64,000 nt of DNA from a virus, in IMG/VR virus record IMGVR_UViG_3300020583_000139, positions 7,868 through 71,867 of that record; one strand, given 5' to 3'. The notes under the pieces are model-generated. The model was not told the DNA's origin, searched no databases, and saw only the letters and a program-made list of their open reading frames with translations. Positions within the stretch are counted from its first letter, which is position 1. The number at the start of each line of letters is the position of its first letter. The translations under genes were made by a program, and so were the position numbers. Below are positions 21,889 to 31,828 of this stretch, in pieces.

Positions 21889-22446
21889 CTAACTCACAAC
21901 CATTGCAGAACAAGGTCTGATAATTCCAGCCTCGTCTCTGATGAACGACTGAATGCTTGTCGCGTTCGGCGCCGGATCAATAGGATCGCCAATCCACGCC
22001 ATTGTCCGTCCACCGGTCGCGTCCTGGTGGATGATGAAATTCACGATCTGTCCGTTGGACATATTCACCAAACTAGAACTCGTCACGTTCCCTGTAAGAG
22101 TAATCGCAAAAGTGTTTCCCTGACTGGCGTCAAAGACCGGCGTTGCGCTGAAAGGCACGGCAATAAGGGAAAAAACCGCTTTGCGGGCTATGGCGATAAG
22201 CGCATTCGTGAGATTTGCTAACAAGGTCGCAAGGACTGCATCATTCGCGTTGAAACCTTGAGCAACGATAAATTCAGCCAGCGCCACAACCATTGTAGTC
22301 GCCTGATAAAAGAGTTTGTTCGCCGTCGCGCTCGGGAAGATTCCATCAAGGGGTGCTCCGCCTACTCGCAGCGCATCGCCTGCGTAGGCGGCATCAGTTT
22401 CCTGGTTTGCGAGTGTCGAGTTCCACTGGAGAAAATTTGTGCTCAA
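21889..22446 (-). CDS. short baseplate-proximal tail fibre/adaptor protein
   Basis: follows DUF2612; S...NK.FYQ.T.M..AL..F N-terminus typical of fibres in this phage group; no signal peptide. Confidence 0.6.
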   Translation of the reverse strand: MSTNFLQWNSTLANQETDAAYAGDALRVGGAPLDGIFPSATANKLFYQATTMVVALAEFIVAQGFNANDAVLATLLANLTNALIAIARKAVFSLIAVPFSATPVFDASQGNTFAITLTGNVTSSSLVNMSNGQIVNFIIHQDATGGRTMAWIGDPIDPAPNATSIQSFIRDEAGIIRPCSAMVVS

Positions 22447-22455
22447 TGTGCTCTC

Positions 22456-23082
22456 CTACGTAAACTTCCCAATATCGAATCCCGCGATAAAGCTGTTGTT
22501 CAGATCGAAGCCAAAGGCCGGCAAGTTGAAAACGTAGTTGTACAGAACGGCTTGCGGCCGCGGCACAATGAGTCCATTTATAATCATCTGCTCAAGAATC
22601 GATGTAAAAGAACCCGTTAGAAAGATAGTCGCACTCATGTTTTGGTGATCCGCGATGATGATTTGCCCGCCAGGAAAAAGCGTTTCCCATATCGTTTGCA
22701 AACCATCGATCGTTCCGTCCCACTGATTCTGTGCTGCTTTTGCCTTGAGGTAAATACGATATGTGAGGTCATCCAAAATTGGATTGAGTCCACCAGTCGG
22801 CTGAAATGGAAGAACGCGAGAGGCTCCTACAATGGTCCCGATGGCATCTAGCTGAGGTCCGAGTGCGGAATCTACATCAAATGCGACTTCCATGGAAACG
22901 AGACACTGAGACGCATCATCAAATTTCCTTAGTAACAAGGAAAGGAACGCATTTAATTTTGGAGAATTTCGGTATTGTGAAGTAAGGAGGCCCAAATAAT
23001 ATCCCAAGGGAAGATTTTCAATGGGACTTGCCCCATACTTACCTGATCCATACTGACTGAGAGGATTGCCAAAGGAACTCAC
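22456..23082 (-). CDS. baseplate wedge protein, DUF2612-like
   Basis: SQYRNSPKL, G.QLD.IG.IVG.SR, L.D..YR..LKAK, PRP..V and FGFD motifs. Confidence 0.85.
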   Translation of the reverse strand: MSSFGNPLSQYGSGKYGASPIENLPLGYYLGLLTSQYRNSPKLNAFLSLLLRKFDDASQCLVSMEVAFDVDSALGPQLDAIGTIVGASRVLPFQPTGGLNPILDDLTYRIYLKAKAAQNQWDGTIDGLQTIWETLFPGGQIIIADHQNMSATIFLTGSFTSILEQMIINGLIVPRPQAVLYNYVFNLPAFGFDLNNSFIAGFDIGKFT

Positions 23083-23828
23083 TTTGTCCCTCCTGCAATC
23101 TCCGCACGCTTCAGACTATTTCTCAGTCGGAGAGATTGAGACATTTTGGCAATGGTTTCTGGGGGTCTCTTTTTACCCTTCCAGTAACTAGGCTTACCCA
23201 TGTGCGCTAACGAAAGTTTGCGTTTGGTTTCCTCAGAAGCTTTTATTCCACGCCTTGATGGTCTTTCTCCACGATGCGAAAGAGACAAATTCTTTCGATG
23301 CTCAGCAGAGAATGGCTTGCCCCGTTTAGAAGCCGACATTTTTTGAATTGATTCTTTGGTGTGCCTTCTTCCTAGCCAAATCTGAGCATGTTTACGTGCT
23401 GTCTCTTCTGATTGCTTTCTACCTGTCAGTGATTGGGAAATTTTACGACGTGTTTCCAATGAAGGCGACTTTCCTTTGGTGGGGCTTGGTCTACCTTTCC
23501 TGGTCAAAGACATCCGTGCCCTTGCTTCCTCGGAATGCTTCATCCCGAGAACCCCTTCCCCTCCATCCGTAAGATTGTAGCCATTGGGAACTTTACAATT
23601 GAGATAGGCGATCCAGTACTTTTCTTTCTGATTTAGAACTGACTCATCCTCAGCCGTATCTATGACCGAAAAATCGAATGATGTAATACCGTATTTTTTG
23701 ATAGCCTTGTGAAAATAGGATAGACGTGAGGCTCTTAAATGGCCTGCAATTCTTTCCTGTAGGGTGTGCGCGGTCTTCCCCACGTAAATCTTGCCATTTA
23801 TCCTGTTCGTCGCTTTGTAGACGATCAT
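23079..23828 (-). CDS. GIY-YIG homing endonuclease with NUMOD3 repeats
   Basis: IVYKATNRINGKIYVGKT, GYN.T.GGEG and repeated HS.E.R.K.S...G motifs. Confidence 0.92.
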   Translation of the reverse strand: MIVYKATNRINGKIYVGKTAHTLQERIAGHLRASRLSYFHKAIKKYGITSFDFSVIDTAEDESVLNQKEKYWIAYLNCKVPNGYNLTDGGEGVLGMKHSEEARARMSLTRKGRPSPTKGKSPSLETRRKISQSLTGRKQSEETARKHAQIWLGRRHTKESIQKMSASKRGKPFSAEHRKNLSLSHRGERPSRRGIKASEETKRKLSLAHMGKPSYWKGKKRPPETIAKMSQSLRLRNSLKRAEIAGGTK

Positions 23829-25034
23829 TTAGACGCTCGTGACAACTACATTAGCACTGACTCCGCTTGCAACTTGGTAAAAGTTCAAGGGTATATCTAC
23901 GGTTCCCGCAGGACTCGGGACAATATCCGAAAAAACGGAACGAATCGAAAATGCTGGCATGTCGGGGTTCGAACGCGCATTAAGAGCCGCACCATAAAGC
24001 TCAGAGTAAACAACCGACTGCCCAATTTCCAAAGAATTCAAATATTGAGTTATGTCCGCTTGGATCTGTGCCAGCGTTGCGCTCGTGAATCCAAAGAGAC
24101 CGTGTACAGTCATCGTGACGTAGATGGGTACATAACTTGGCGTCAAGAAACCGATTGCCGTGGGATAGCCCGTGATGGGGTCGAGGACCACGACTGTAAC
24201 GCTTTGGGCTGTCGTGACTCCGTTGACTTGGCTGTTCGTGAGGCAGCCGATGCCACGGTTGTTGTAGATAGCCTGAGCAATCGCAGCCTGCGTTCCACCC
24301 TCGACTACGCAAGTGATCGAATGACCTGGATTCCCAAAGGCATCCACGGCACCAGTAAAATTCTCCAAGACATTCAGGCGCGTGACTCCCGCGAGAGCTG
24401 CGATGTCGGCGCGCGTACCTGCGAGCATCGTTTTCGATGGCACGGCTACCGAAATGGATTGACGAGCGCGGAACTGCGAATCGGTTTCGATGGGATTTCC
24501 CGGAGTCGCAGCCGCAGCGTTGTTCACACTCGTCCAGCCGGCCGTAGGCGTCGCAATGATCGAAATGGTCCCTATCCCTGCACTCACATTCCCCGGCGTC
24601 GTGCAAGTCCCCGTTACGTTGATTGTTCCGCCACCTGGGATTACTACAGACGGGGGAAGGAGCCAGGTAAAGCCATTCGCATCCTGTGCGGCGCCATTGA
24701 TTATCGTGGCTCCAGGAGTTCCGACTATCGTAAGATTTGCAGTCGAAAAGGTATAAGGAAGACGCGCGATGCCGTTGAGTTTGTACAGCCTGTCTTGTCC
24801 AGCGCCAACGGCCGTCAGAGCCCCGAATTGGTTGTAGACATATTGAAGCGCTTGCATCACATCCGAGGTCTTGAGCGAAACAATCGAGATCAACTGATAG
24901 ATGGCGCTGTCGGTTCCGACGTAATTATTTGCTCCAAAAATTGCCAAGTATCCGGCGAGATTATCCGCGAGGATATCCGTATAGACGGGTATTGATAATC
25001 CCGCTGGGCCAACCGTTGGTCGATTGTAAGCCAT
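23829..25034 (-). CDS. baseplate J-like protein
   Basis: A.G..QD.L..LNGI.R, G...ETD..FR.R, EN.TG..D..G.P.HSI..VVEGG. Confidence 0.9.
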   Translation of the reverse strand: MAYNRPTVGPAGLSIPVYTDILADNLAGYLAIFGANNYVGTDSAIYQLISIVSLKTSDVMQALQYVYNQFGALTAVGAGQDRLYKLNGIARLPYTFSTANLTIVGTPGATIINGAAQDANGFTWLLPPSVVIPGGGTINVTGTCTTPGNVSAGIGTISIIATPTAGWTSVNNAAAATPGNPIETDSQFRARQSISVAVPSKTMLAGTRADIAALAGVTRLNVLENFTGAVDAFGNPGHSITCVVEGGTQAAIAQAIYNNRGIGCLTNSQVNGVTTAQSVTVVVLDPITGYPTAIGFLTPSYVPIYVTMTVHGLFGFTSATLAQIQADITQYLNSLEIGQSVVYSELYGAALNARSNPDMPAFSIRSVFSDIVPSPAGTVDIPLNFYQVASGVSANVVVTSV

Positions 25035-25424
25035 CTATCCTTGGCTCCCTGCAAAGGCCGCTGGCGCAAACTGAACCGACACAGCGCCGAAAGAAGTATC
25101 GGCTGTGGCGCTAAAACTGAATTTCCGCGAAGCCGAAGCGAAAGTTGCGTTTATGTTTTGCACGGTCGAGACAAACGGAGTTCCACTAATACGCGCGGCG
25201 AGCGCTGCGGACATGACTTGCTGCCCATTGGGAGTAGCGCGCGCTCCGATGATTTCCTGAAACATTGGTGTCCCGAGATTCAAGTCTTCCCACCACTCTC
25301 CTTCGAAAAGTAGAACGCGGGTCTTGATAGCCTGCTCGACTGCCTGCAAATCTTGAAGTGCGGCCCGAGGATCAAAGATCGGGTCGTAAGACGCGTCGAG
25401 TTGAAGATACGTGATGCTGCTCAT
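25035..25424 (-). CDS. baseplate wedge protein (gp25/W-like)
   Basis: AV.QAI.TR..LF.GEWW.D...G.P motif; position between spike and J. Confidence 0.8.
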   Translation of the reverse strand: MSSITYLQLDASYDPIFDPRAALQDLQAVEQAIKTRVLLFEGEWWEDLNLGTPMFQEIIGARATPNGQQVMSAALAARISGTPFVSTVQNINATFASASRKFSFSATADTSFGAVSVQFAPAAFAGSQG

Positions 25425-26128
25425 GCGACTGGTCCCGAAGTGCCGCCGCCTGTTTGCACTCCCGTGTGTTCGTGCGTCAAGAAAACCTTTCCGTCAAGTT
25501 TGGTGTTGGCTCCAGAAGACGCCGCGACGATTTGCGCCCCTGAGATGTTCACGTTCCCCGAGGCGGAAATGTCTACGTCCCCCGACGATTGAATTAAAAC
25601 TTTGGGCGCAGTCAGGGTGATACCGGCGAGTGCCACATCTATGACTACGGTGTCGTCATCGCTGCGGAGTTGCGCGGAATTCGCTGAATAATGCGCTAGG
25701 ACTCGTGGCTGGCTCCACATTCCAGGATAAAACCCGCAATCTGTAATGTCGTGACGGCGCCGCTCAAGTTGATTCTGCGTTCCACCACGAACCCACCAAA
25801 GATCAATACACATGTCGCAGAATACGAGCATGCCTTCATCGCCGGCCGTCAGGGGCATCGTGAGGCAAAATCCTCCCGCGCGCGGCAGCACTACGGGAAC
25901 TTTATAGATTGGCTGGATAGCAACATTCTGAGGTCCGGAATCGGTTCTCACTACCTCGCGTAATGCGATTTGTACGGTCACCGTTTGTTCGACCGGATCA
26001 AACGATTGCACGATAGCAGGAATCGCTACCCGCAAATCAGCAAGTGCCTGCTTGAGAATCTCCTGCCACTGGGAACTCTCAGCATAGTTGAGTTGCGATG
26101 GCGTAAGTTGCGGGACACTCGTGCTCAT
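25421..26128 (-). CDS. baseplate central spike (gp138/gpV-like)
   Basis: P..V.SFD, P...GDEG..VF.D..ID.W, R.HD, C-terminal HEHTGV metal-binding tip. Confidence 0.88.
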   Translation of the reverse strand: MSTSVPQLTPSQLNYAESSQWQEILKQALADLRVAIPAIVQSFDPVEQTVTVQIALREVVRTDSGPQNVAIQPIYKVPVVLPRAGGFCLTMPLTAGDEGMLVFCDMCIDLWWVRGGTQNQLERRRHDITDCGFYPGMWSQPRVLAHYSANSAQLRSDDDTVVIDVALAGITLTAPKVLIQSSGDVDISASGNVNISGAQIVAASSGANTKLDGKVFLTHEHTGVQTGGGTSGPVA

Positions 26129-27165
26129 GGAGCCGCTCCTGCTGCCGCTGCAACAAAGGTTCCGCTCAAAAGCCCTTGCGCGTACCCGCGCGTGTAACCG
26201 GTAACTTCCGTGTAAAAATCATTCTCTCGCGTATCCCCGTAATGATGGACCTGGGCTGCAACGAATAGGCCGCTCTGGTCGAGAGGCGTCAAAATCTGCC
26301 CGTACTGCAATTTGAGTTGGGAAATAACGGTCTGGTCGAGTTTCACAAGCAAAGGTGGCAATTGGACTTTCAACCGCGGATCGAGCAGGACCGTGAAGAT
26401 AGCGCCGAATGGGCTTTGTCGGGGCACGCCGATGATGCTTCGCGTGATCTCCGGGTCGGGGTTCGCTTCGCTCTGATTCGGTGGAAAGGGAGGAGCGAAT
26501 ACAAGGTCCGGGTCTACTTTGACGGCCGGATTAAATAGTTCAGTTAGATAATGCTGATTTCCTCCTATCCAATGATTCAGGAAATTGTCATCGGACATCT
26601 GCGCGATGTACTTGCTCACTTTTCCAAAAATCGTTTTACCTCGCGGATATTGTTTGGCAGCCAGGAGTTGATTGGCCTTGTCGCTGACTTGCTCTCCTGC
26701 GTTCCCATTCATCTGTTCGATCATCTTCGAAACTACATTCAACTGCGAGGACATCGGCCCCATCGCGAGATTCACAAATTGCTGCTCGAGCAGCCAAGGT
26801 CCGGCCATGCAATTGAAACTCATCGTCAAGTCAACTACTGCTTTCCGGTCAAAGATGACTTGGAGTATTGGCCCATCCCAGATAATCGAGGATTTGCTCG
26901 GGCCGTCCTGATAACCGGCTTCCAGTGTGAGCCATACGGCATTGAACAAGAGATTTTGCATCGCCGGGTCATTCAGGTTGTAGACCGTCACAAAGGCATA
27001 CCAAAAAGGCGATGGCAGCGTACTTTCGAGAACATCGAAGGTGACGCGGAGCGCTTCGGGGTCCCAAGAACTCTGAGACAACACCTGTACGGCACCGGAC
27101 GCGAGTTTTACGGAAAGTTTCCATGCGCGTCCCCATAGAGGAATCGAAGAAGGGGCTAGAGTCAT
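26125..27165 (-). CDS. baseplate hub protein
   Basis: YNL..LEAGY, .IG.P, L.P.L and H.GDTR..FY motifs; gene order. Confidence 0.8.
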   Translation of the reverse strand: MTLAPSSIPLWGRAWKLSVKLASGAVQVLSQSSWDPEALRVTFDVLESTLPSPFWYAFVTVYNLNDPAMQNLLFNAVWLTLEAGYQDGPSKSSIIWDGPILQVIFDRKAVVDLTMSFNCMAGPWLLEQQFVNLAMGPMSSQLNVVSKMIEQMNGNAGEQVSDKANQLLAAKQYPRGKTIFGKVSKYIAQMSDDNFLNHWIGGNQHYLTELFNPAVKVDPDLVFAPPFPPNQSEANPDPEITRSIIGVPRQSPFGAIFTVLLDPRLKVQLPPLLVKLDQTVISQLKLQYGQILTPLDQSGLFVAAQVHHYGDTRENDFYTEVTGYTRGYAQGLLSGTFVAAAAGAAP

Positions 27166-27527
27166 AACGCCGCCTCATCGACAAGTTCATCAGCCGTGTC
27201 GTCCCAGAGGAGTGCAAAAGCTGTGCCGAGGTCTGTCTTACCTGGGTAGTCGGATGAAGAATTTCCCAAGTTCAGGATGAATGCCGAGCCTATGTGCAAA
27301 TAATTGTATTGCGATAGAAGGTTCGCCGCAGGATACCATCCTGTGATGAGTGGCAATGAATCGAGAATCAGGACGCCGGCCGAATTCGAAATACTCATCA
27401 CCCAATAGCCAGCCATCTCTGACCATCGAATGTTCAAATTTAAGGTAAGTGGAGCACCATCAACCTGTAAGGTCACGGCGAAATTCTGATTGGGACTGGC
27501 TGTTAGTGGCACGATCTGCGCTGACAT
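27162..27527 (-). CDS. baseplate/tail tip small protein
   Basis: IPL...NQ.F..L, W.M.I and PL.TG..LL.QY motifs; gene order. Confidence 0.7.
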   Translation of the reverse strand: MSAQIVPLTASPNQNFAVTLQVDGAPLTLNLNIRWSEMAGYWVMSISNSAGVLILDSLPLITGWYPAANLLSQYNYLHIGSAFILNLGNSSSDYPGKTDLGTAFALLWDDTADELVDEAAL

Positions 27528-28261
27528 TATTTTCCTGCCGGCAAACTATTAAGATTGTTGATGTTCACGCTCGACCAGTCACCTGGGCCTACGGTAGTAG
27601 ATGGCACTGCCGGTGCGGTCGAGCCTGTCACATTGTTCTGTGAATTCTCCGTTGGTGTAGGAGGTTGAGGATTCACCGTCCCTAGATTCGTGCTGTTGGT
27701 GTCCTGTGGTCGCGCGCTATCTGGCGTCGTGACGATATTTGCGATGAAAATTTGCCCGAACTCGACACGCATGCGTAAACCTTGGATGGTCTTTACGCTT
27801 TCACGAGGAGACAGCGAAAGAACGACCATATTCGAATACGTTCTCAGTCGCGTCGTAATCGAGAAAGGAATCCGCGAGAACTGCAAGGCGAGCATCGTTT
27901 GATAGGCCGAAACGCTTTTCGATGGCGAACCTTGCCAGGTGCTCGGCTTGTAGTAGGAATCCATGACATCGGACATCCCCACATCCAGGATGAGGTGAGC
28001 GGGCACGATAAAAGCATGGTCCGAAATACTGGCACCGGTTTGGACTGGATGCTCCGTACGGCGCAATTGCTGTTCGTGCTCGATTTGTATATCAGCATCA
28101 AAAGCGTAAAGCGTCTGTGAGGTTGGCAGCGTGACCGTAGAACCGGATGCGTTGCTATATTGGCCAGCTTTCGGCTGTCCAGGAAACGTGATGATGACTT
28201 TGGCTGGCGATGCGGCAGCCCATTGCAAAGGACGATAGGGTGCGGTGCTCAATAGGACCAT
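27527..28261 (-). CDS. distal tail (Dit-like)/tube initiator protein
   Basis: E.H....T.HPVQTGA.ISDHA...P, T.LR.Y.NM motifs. Confidence 0.8.
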   Translation of the reverse strand: MVLLSTAPYRPLQWAAASPAKVIITFPGQPKAGQYSNASGSTVTLPTSQTLYAFDADIQIEHEQQLRRTEHPVQTGASISDHAFIVPAHLILDVGMSDVMDSYYKPSTWQGSPSKSVSAYQTMLALQFSRIPFSITTRLRTYSNMVVLSLSPRESVKTIQGLRMRVEFGQIFIANIVTTPDSARPQDTNSTNLGTVNPQPPTPTENSQNNVTGSTAPAVPSTTVGPGDWSSVNINNLNSLPAGK

Positions 28262-29787
28262 CCTGGGTTAGAAAATTCAGCCAAATTTCTTTGTACTCTC
28301 TGCTTATCGGCTTCGCGGATTGCGTCAATCACAGCCCACTTGATTCCTTCTTTTGAAGCCCCTTCGGGGACGTGTAGATTGAGTGTGCCGATCTGGATTC
28401 CTGCTTGAACGTGTGTAACCTTGCTGGCATAGGCCGCGTTCGCGCCAGCATCTTTGCTTCCGTAGTAATGCTCGAGTGCCGTTCGAGAATTCCCGTACTG
28501 CGCTAGGAGTTGCTTGAGATAGAGGACTCCGCCAAAGATATTTTGGGATTCGCTTCGAGGATCGACACCAAGGGATTTTGCCGTGCCGGGTTGAAGTTGA
28601 AATATCCCCGTGGCGTGAGAGCCAGGGGTAGAGGACATCAGCACTTTCCCGGATTTGTCGTATTGCTGGTAGTTGCTCTCGACTTGCGCAACCGCGAGCG
28701 CCAGATCCACGGGGACACCCAACTGTTTGGCCACTTTTGAAATGTAAGAAATAACATCCGTGTTCTCTATAGATTTAGCTAAATCCGAACCGCCCAATCC
28801 CATCGCTGCGGGGAGACCGAGTTCTCCTGAGATTTTCTTCCTCGCTTGATTTCCCAAGATAGTCCCGGCCGCACTCAATTCTGTTTTCGCGCCCTTGAAG
28901 TCTCCACTCGCCACATCGGAAGCGGCTATCAGTAAATGGCTGAGAACTATTTCAGCCTGAGTCAAGGCGAGCACGAGATTCTTTACGGCCGTGATTGTGT
29001 ACTGAATGGCCTTGGCGATCTTATCGAAACTCAATGCCGTTCCTGAGAGCGACTTATCCCCAGACAAGAGGCCAATCAAATTGGTAAAGACGACCGCGAA
29101 TTGCTTCGTGAGTTCCCATGTTGCCGCCATCACGTCCTTGACATCGATGAGAATGGGCTTGAGATTCGTCGCAATCCATTCCGCAATGGCTGGCATGTTG
29201 GCGATAAACCATTCGTTGAACTTGCGCATTCGCGCGAGCACGTCGTCGATGTTCGTCCCGAAGGCGCGCGCGAGGTCTTGCACGACATTCATCGTGAGGT
29301 ATTCGAGTTCGACGCCAAAGCGCGTCCATTCGAACCGTACATCCCGAATCTTGAGCATCTGATTCTCGAAGTCAGGTCCGAGTTCTTCGGTAAGGGCACG
29401 CTGATCTTTGACGAGTTGATTGAAGCGTCGAGCGAGTTCTGGGTCCCACATGATGTTCTCAAGGGGCTGACCGAGGGCATCAATCGCAATCTTCAATTCG
29501 CGGGCCACTGGCAAAGACGTGTACATATGCAGCGCGAGCAGGCGGTATTCCTGATCGGCCATCGCCGTCTTATCCGCGATCCCAATGGCAGCCGCACCAA
29601 TGGCGGCGAAGGCTCCTACGGCGCCAGCTTGGAATTCCAGAACCTTCTTTCCCATCCGGAAAAATTCGTTGTCAACCAGCGAGGAGGTATTGCGTAGCGC
29701 AGCGGCGAAGCGAGCGTAGGAGACCGTATCGTCGAGAAAAGACAACTTCACGAGATATTCAGAAAGTACGTTGGTCCCCGAGCCCAT
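28249..29787 (-). CDS. tape measure protein with C-terminal lytic transglycosylase (SLT) domain
   Basis: E.LV.L.F N-terminus, helical body, A.A.VES...G.FQL.P.TA...N..GG..YL motif. Confidence 0.85.
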   Translation of the reverse strand: MGSGTNVLSEYLVKLSFLDDTVSYARFAAALRNTSSLVDNEFFRMGKKVLEFQAGAVGAFAAIGAAAIGIADKTAMADQEYRLLALHMYTSLPVARELKIAIDALGQPLENIMWDPELARRFNQLVKDQRALTEELGPDFENQMLKIRDVRFEWTRFGVELEYLTMNVVQDLARAFGTNIDDVLARMRKFNEWFIANMPAIAEWIATNLKPILIDVKDVMAATWELTKQFAVVFTNLIGLLSGDKSLSGTALSFDKIAKAIQYTITAVKNLVLALTQAEIVLSHLLIAASDVASGDFKGAKTELSAAGTILGNQARKKISGELGLPAAMGLGGSDLAKSIENTDVISYISKVAKQLGVPVDLALAVAQVESNYQQYDKSGKVLMSSTPGSHATGIFQLQPGTAKSLGVDPRSESQNIFGGVLYLKQLLAQYGNSRTALEHYYGSKDAGANAAYASKVTHVQAGIQIGTLNLHVPEGASKEGIKWAVIDAIREADKQRVQRNLAEFSNPGWSY

Positions 29788-30027
29788 CTACACTTTCTCC
29801 TGACTCTCGCGATACAAACGCGCGTTCTCTTCTTTCCAGTCCAGCAAGAAATTTACTTCGCAGAGGTCATTAAAATCGTAGGTGCCGTCCTCCATCTCGC
29901 ACTGTCTCCACATTCCTGCAAGCACCGGACGCCATAGAAACGAATCAAGCCAAGCGGGGAATGCTATTCCTTCAAAAGTAGAGGCCGTTTCCCCGCCAGC
30001 GCGTTCAAGCCTCCCTCGGCGAAAAAA
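29788..30027 (-). CDS. frameshift extension (gpGT-like) of the tail assembly chaperone
   Basis: -1 frame after T TTT TTC at 30021-30027; LWRPV.AG....E..DGTY...DL...N..LD motif. Confidence 0.65.
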   Translation of the reverse strand, partial: FFRRGRLERAGGETASTFEGIAFPAWLDSFLWRPVLAGMWRQCEMEDGTYDFNDLCEVNFLLDWKEENARLYRESQEKV

Positions 30028-30449
30028 TCCGAGAAGTTGAACACCATTGCTTCCACTTCGAGTTTCATCACGAGTTGCATGTCGTCTCGGATTTCTGGAA
30101 CCCACTCGCTGCCATTTGTCAGAGGCACCGGAAGTTCTGTGCCTTCGTGCTCTTTCATCAGCGCACAGATCGCGAGACATTTGTTCTGCACGAAATTGTG
30201 CATGTCGTATTCGAGCCCGCGGAGGAAAGCGGCGAAGACAATTGCGCGTACTGTGTCTTCGCCGTTAGGTTCAGCCGCAGAAGAAGAGGGGGCTGAGGCA
30301 GAACCGGCAGGAGGCGCTTCGGAGAAGTTTTGCCCCTTGAGTCCTGCACCAATCATCTGCATTAAAATGTATGACCCGACATTGGGGGCGAAGCGGCGGA
30401 TCTGGTAACGCTGACCGCCAATCTCGACGATTTTAGTTTTCTCGTTCAT
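29964..30449 (-). CDS. tail assembly chaperone (gpG-like)
   Basis: lies between tube and tape measure; ends NFSDFF with slippery site. Confidence 0.75.
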   Translation of the reverse strand: MNEKTKIVEIGGQRYQIRRFAPNVGSYILMQMIGAGLKGQNFSEAPPAGSASAPSSSAAEPNGEDTVRAIVFAAFLRGLEYDMHNFVQNKCLAICALMKEHEGTELPVPLTNGSEWVPEIRDDMQLVMKLEVEAMVFNFSDFFAEGGLNALAGKRPLLLKE

Positions 30450-30507
30450 GGATTCCCTGCCTCGATTAGCACCACATACTCTGTTATTATTGACATAGGA
30501 GAACTCC

Positions 30508-31170
30508 GTGACGAAACTTGTCGATTTGACTAAAAAAACGTTCGGCTATCTTCGCGTACTTCGCAGAGCACGCAATCGCCATGGTCGAGTACGTTGGCAC
30601 TGTCGCTGTAAATGCGGGAAACATACAGCGGTCGCCAGCAGTAATCTTATATCGCGGGGAGTTGTTAGTTGTGGTTGCAAGCAACATGAATACACGAGGA
30701 AGGATTATTTCTTTGATTCCCTGAAAAGACCTCTTCCCGGTGGAGATAAATGCCTTGAGTGGCCATATGCCAAGATGAGTGGCTATGGATACTTTACGAC
30801 AAATAAAAGGAATTTTTCCTGTCATCGCGAGGCATGGAAATATTTTAATGGTCGTATCCCAAAAGGAAAATGCGTTCTTCACCACTGCGACAATCCGCCA
30901 TGTTATCGTAGGAATCATTTGTTCCTTGGAAATAACAAAATCAATGCCTTGGATCGCCATCGCAAAGGAAGGGGAAAGATGATGTTTAGCAAAACATACC
31001 ATCCGCTTCGCAGACTGAGCGATAACGACGTAGCTAAAATCCGTAAATCCTACGAAAGAGGAGAACTTCAACGAGAGATTGCCGACCGTTTTGCGGTCTG
31101 TCGTTCTTACGTCAGTATGATAGTTAATGGTCATAAAAGATCAAATGTTAACTATTTGGGCCGCCATTAA
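30508..31170 (+). CDS. HNH homing endonuclease with N-terminal Zn module and C-terminal HTH, antisense to the late operon
   Basis: DLT..FG.L.V..W.C.C.CG..SCGC; CLEW..GYG..HR.AW..VLH.CDNP.C...HL.LG...N..D; HTH end. Confidence 0.9.
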   Translation: MTKLVDLTKKTFGYLRVLRRARNRHGRVRWHCRCKCGKHTAVASSNLISRGVVSCGCKQHEYTRKDYFFDSLKRPLPGGDKCLEWPYAKMSGYGYFTTNKRNFSCHREAWKYFNGRIPKGKCVLHHCDNPPCYRRNHLFLGNNKINALDRHRKGRGKMMFSKTYHPLRRLSDNDVAKIRKSYERGELQREIADRFAVCRSYVSMIVNGHKRSNVNYLGRH

Positions 31171-31602
31171 AGTCCAGGTAATATTCTGGCCCTTGGCTGC
31201 GTAGGGCTTGTCGGGAGTTTTCTGGAAAGAAACGCCAGACAAAGTGTGATAGGAGCCATCGAGGACCGTGCGGAATGTAAGGCTGGTCGACGACCAATTG
31301 CTGACATCACCAGAATCCGCAGCCGTGATGAGCTGATTGTAGAGATCGAGAAGCGCATGGTGGAGTTCCGATGTTTGTTGAACTTCAATCGTGGCTTCGC
31401 CGCTGGCTCCAGCTACGTAGGACGGCATGACGACGCCATCGGCGGCCGTTTCGAATTCCGTGCGTTGCGTGAGCATACGAATGCTGATTTGACCAGTGCC
31501 AATGTTTCCGCCGACAATCTGGAAAGGTTGACCTAGCAGGGGATTGTTGAGGACTCCACTGAGGTCTTTGAAGCTATAAGTCGTTTGAACGGGGCCAGCC
31601 AT
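31141..31602 (-). CDS. tail tube protein (DUF3277-like)
   Basis: TYSF.D, AADG, G..TI..QQTS, P...Y..G...TW motifs. Confidence 0.82.
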   Translation of the reverse strand: MAGPVQTTYSFKDLSGVLNNPLLGQPFQIVGGNIGTGQISIRMLTQRTEFETAADGVVMPSYVAGASGEATIEVQQTSELHHALLDLYNQLITAADSGDVSNWSSTSLTFRTVLDGSYHTLSGVSFQKTPDKPYAAKGQNITWTLMAAQIVNI

Positions 31603-31603
31603 T

Positions 31604-31819
31604 TTAAGTTCCTCCTACGTTGCCACTTCGAATTTCTTCCAGAGTTGCGCCGCATTGAATACAGCGTTCCACGAATCCCGCAGGTACTTCCTTTTCGTAT
31701 CCGCCTTCATCTTTGACTGTTGCCGGATATTCTTGAATCGCGATTTGATGGCCACGACCCAAGCAGACGTAGGCGTTGACCATTTTCATTGACGCGATAT
31801 TCGGTAACTTATCTTCCAC
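31604..31819 (-). CDS. small putative Zn-binding protein between sheath and tube
   Basis: GGGAG RBS; C...GH and CIQCG. Confidence 0.55.
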   Translation of the reverse strand: MEDKLPNIASMKMVNAYVCLGRGHQIAIQEYPATVKDEGGYEKEVPAGFVERCIQCGATLEEIRSGNVGGT

Positions 31820-31828
31820 AGTCTCTCC

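Noticed and set aside
23079-23828. Group I intron around the GIY-YIG gene
   Set aside because: The flanking genes J and DUF2612 are intact and directly abut the ORF, leaving no room for ribozyme sequence
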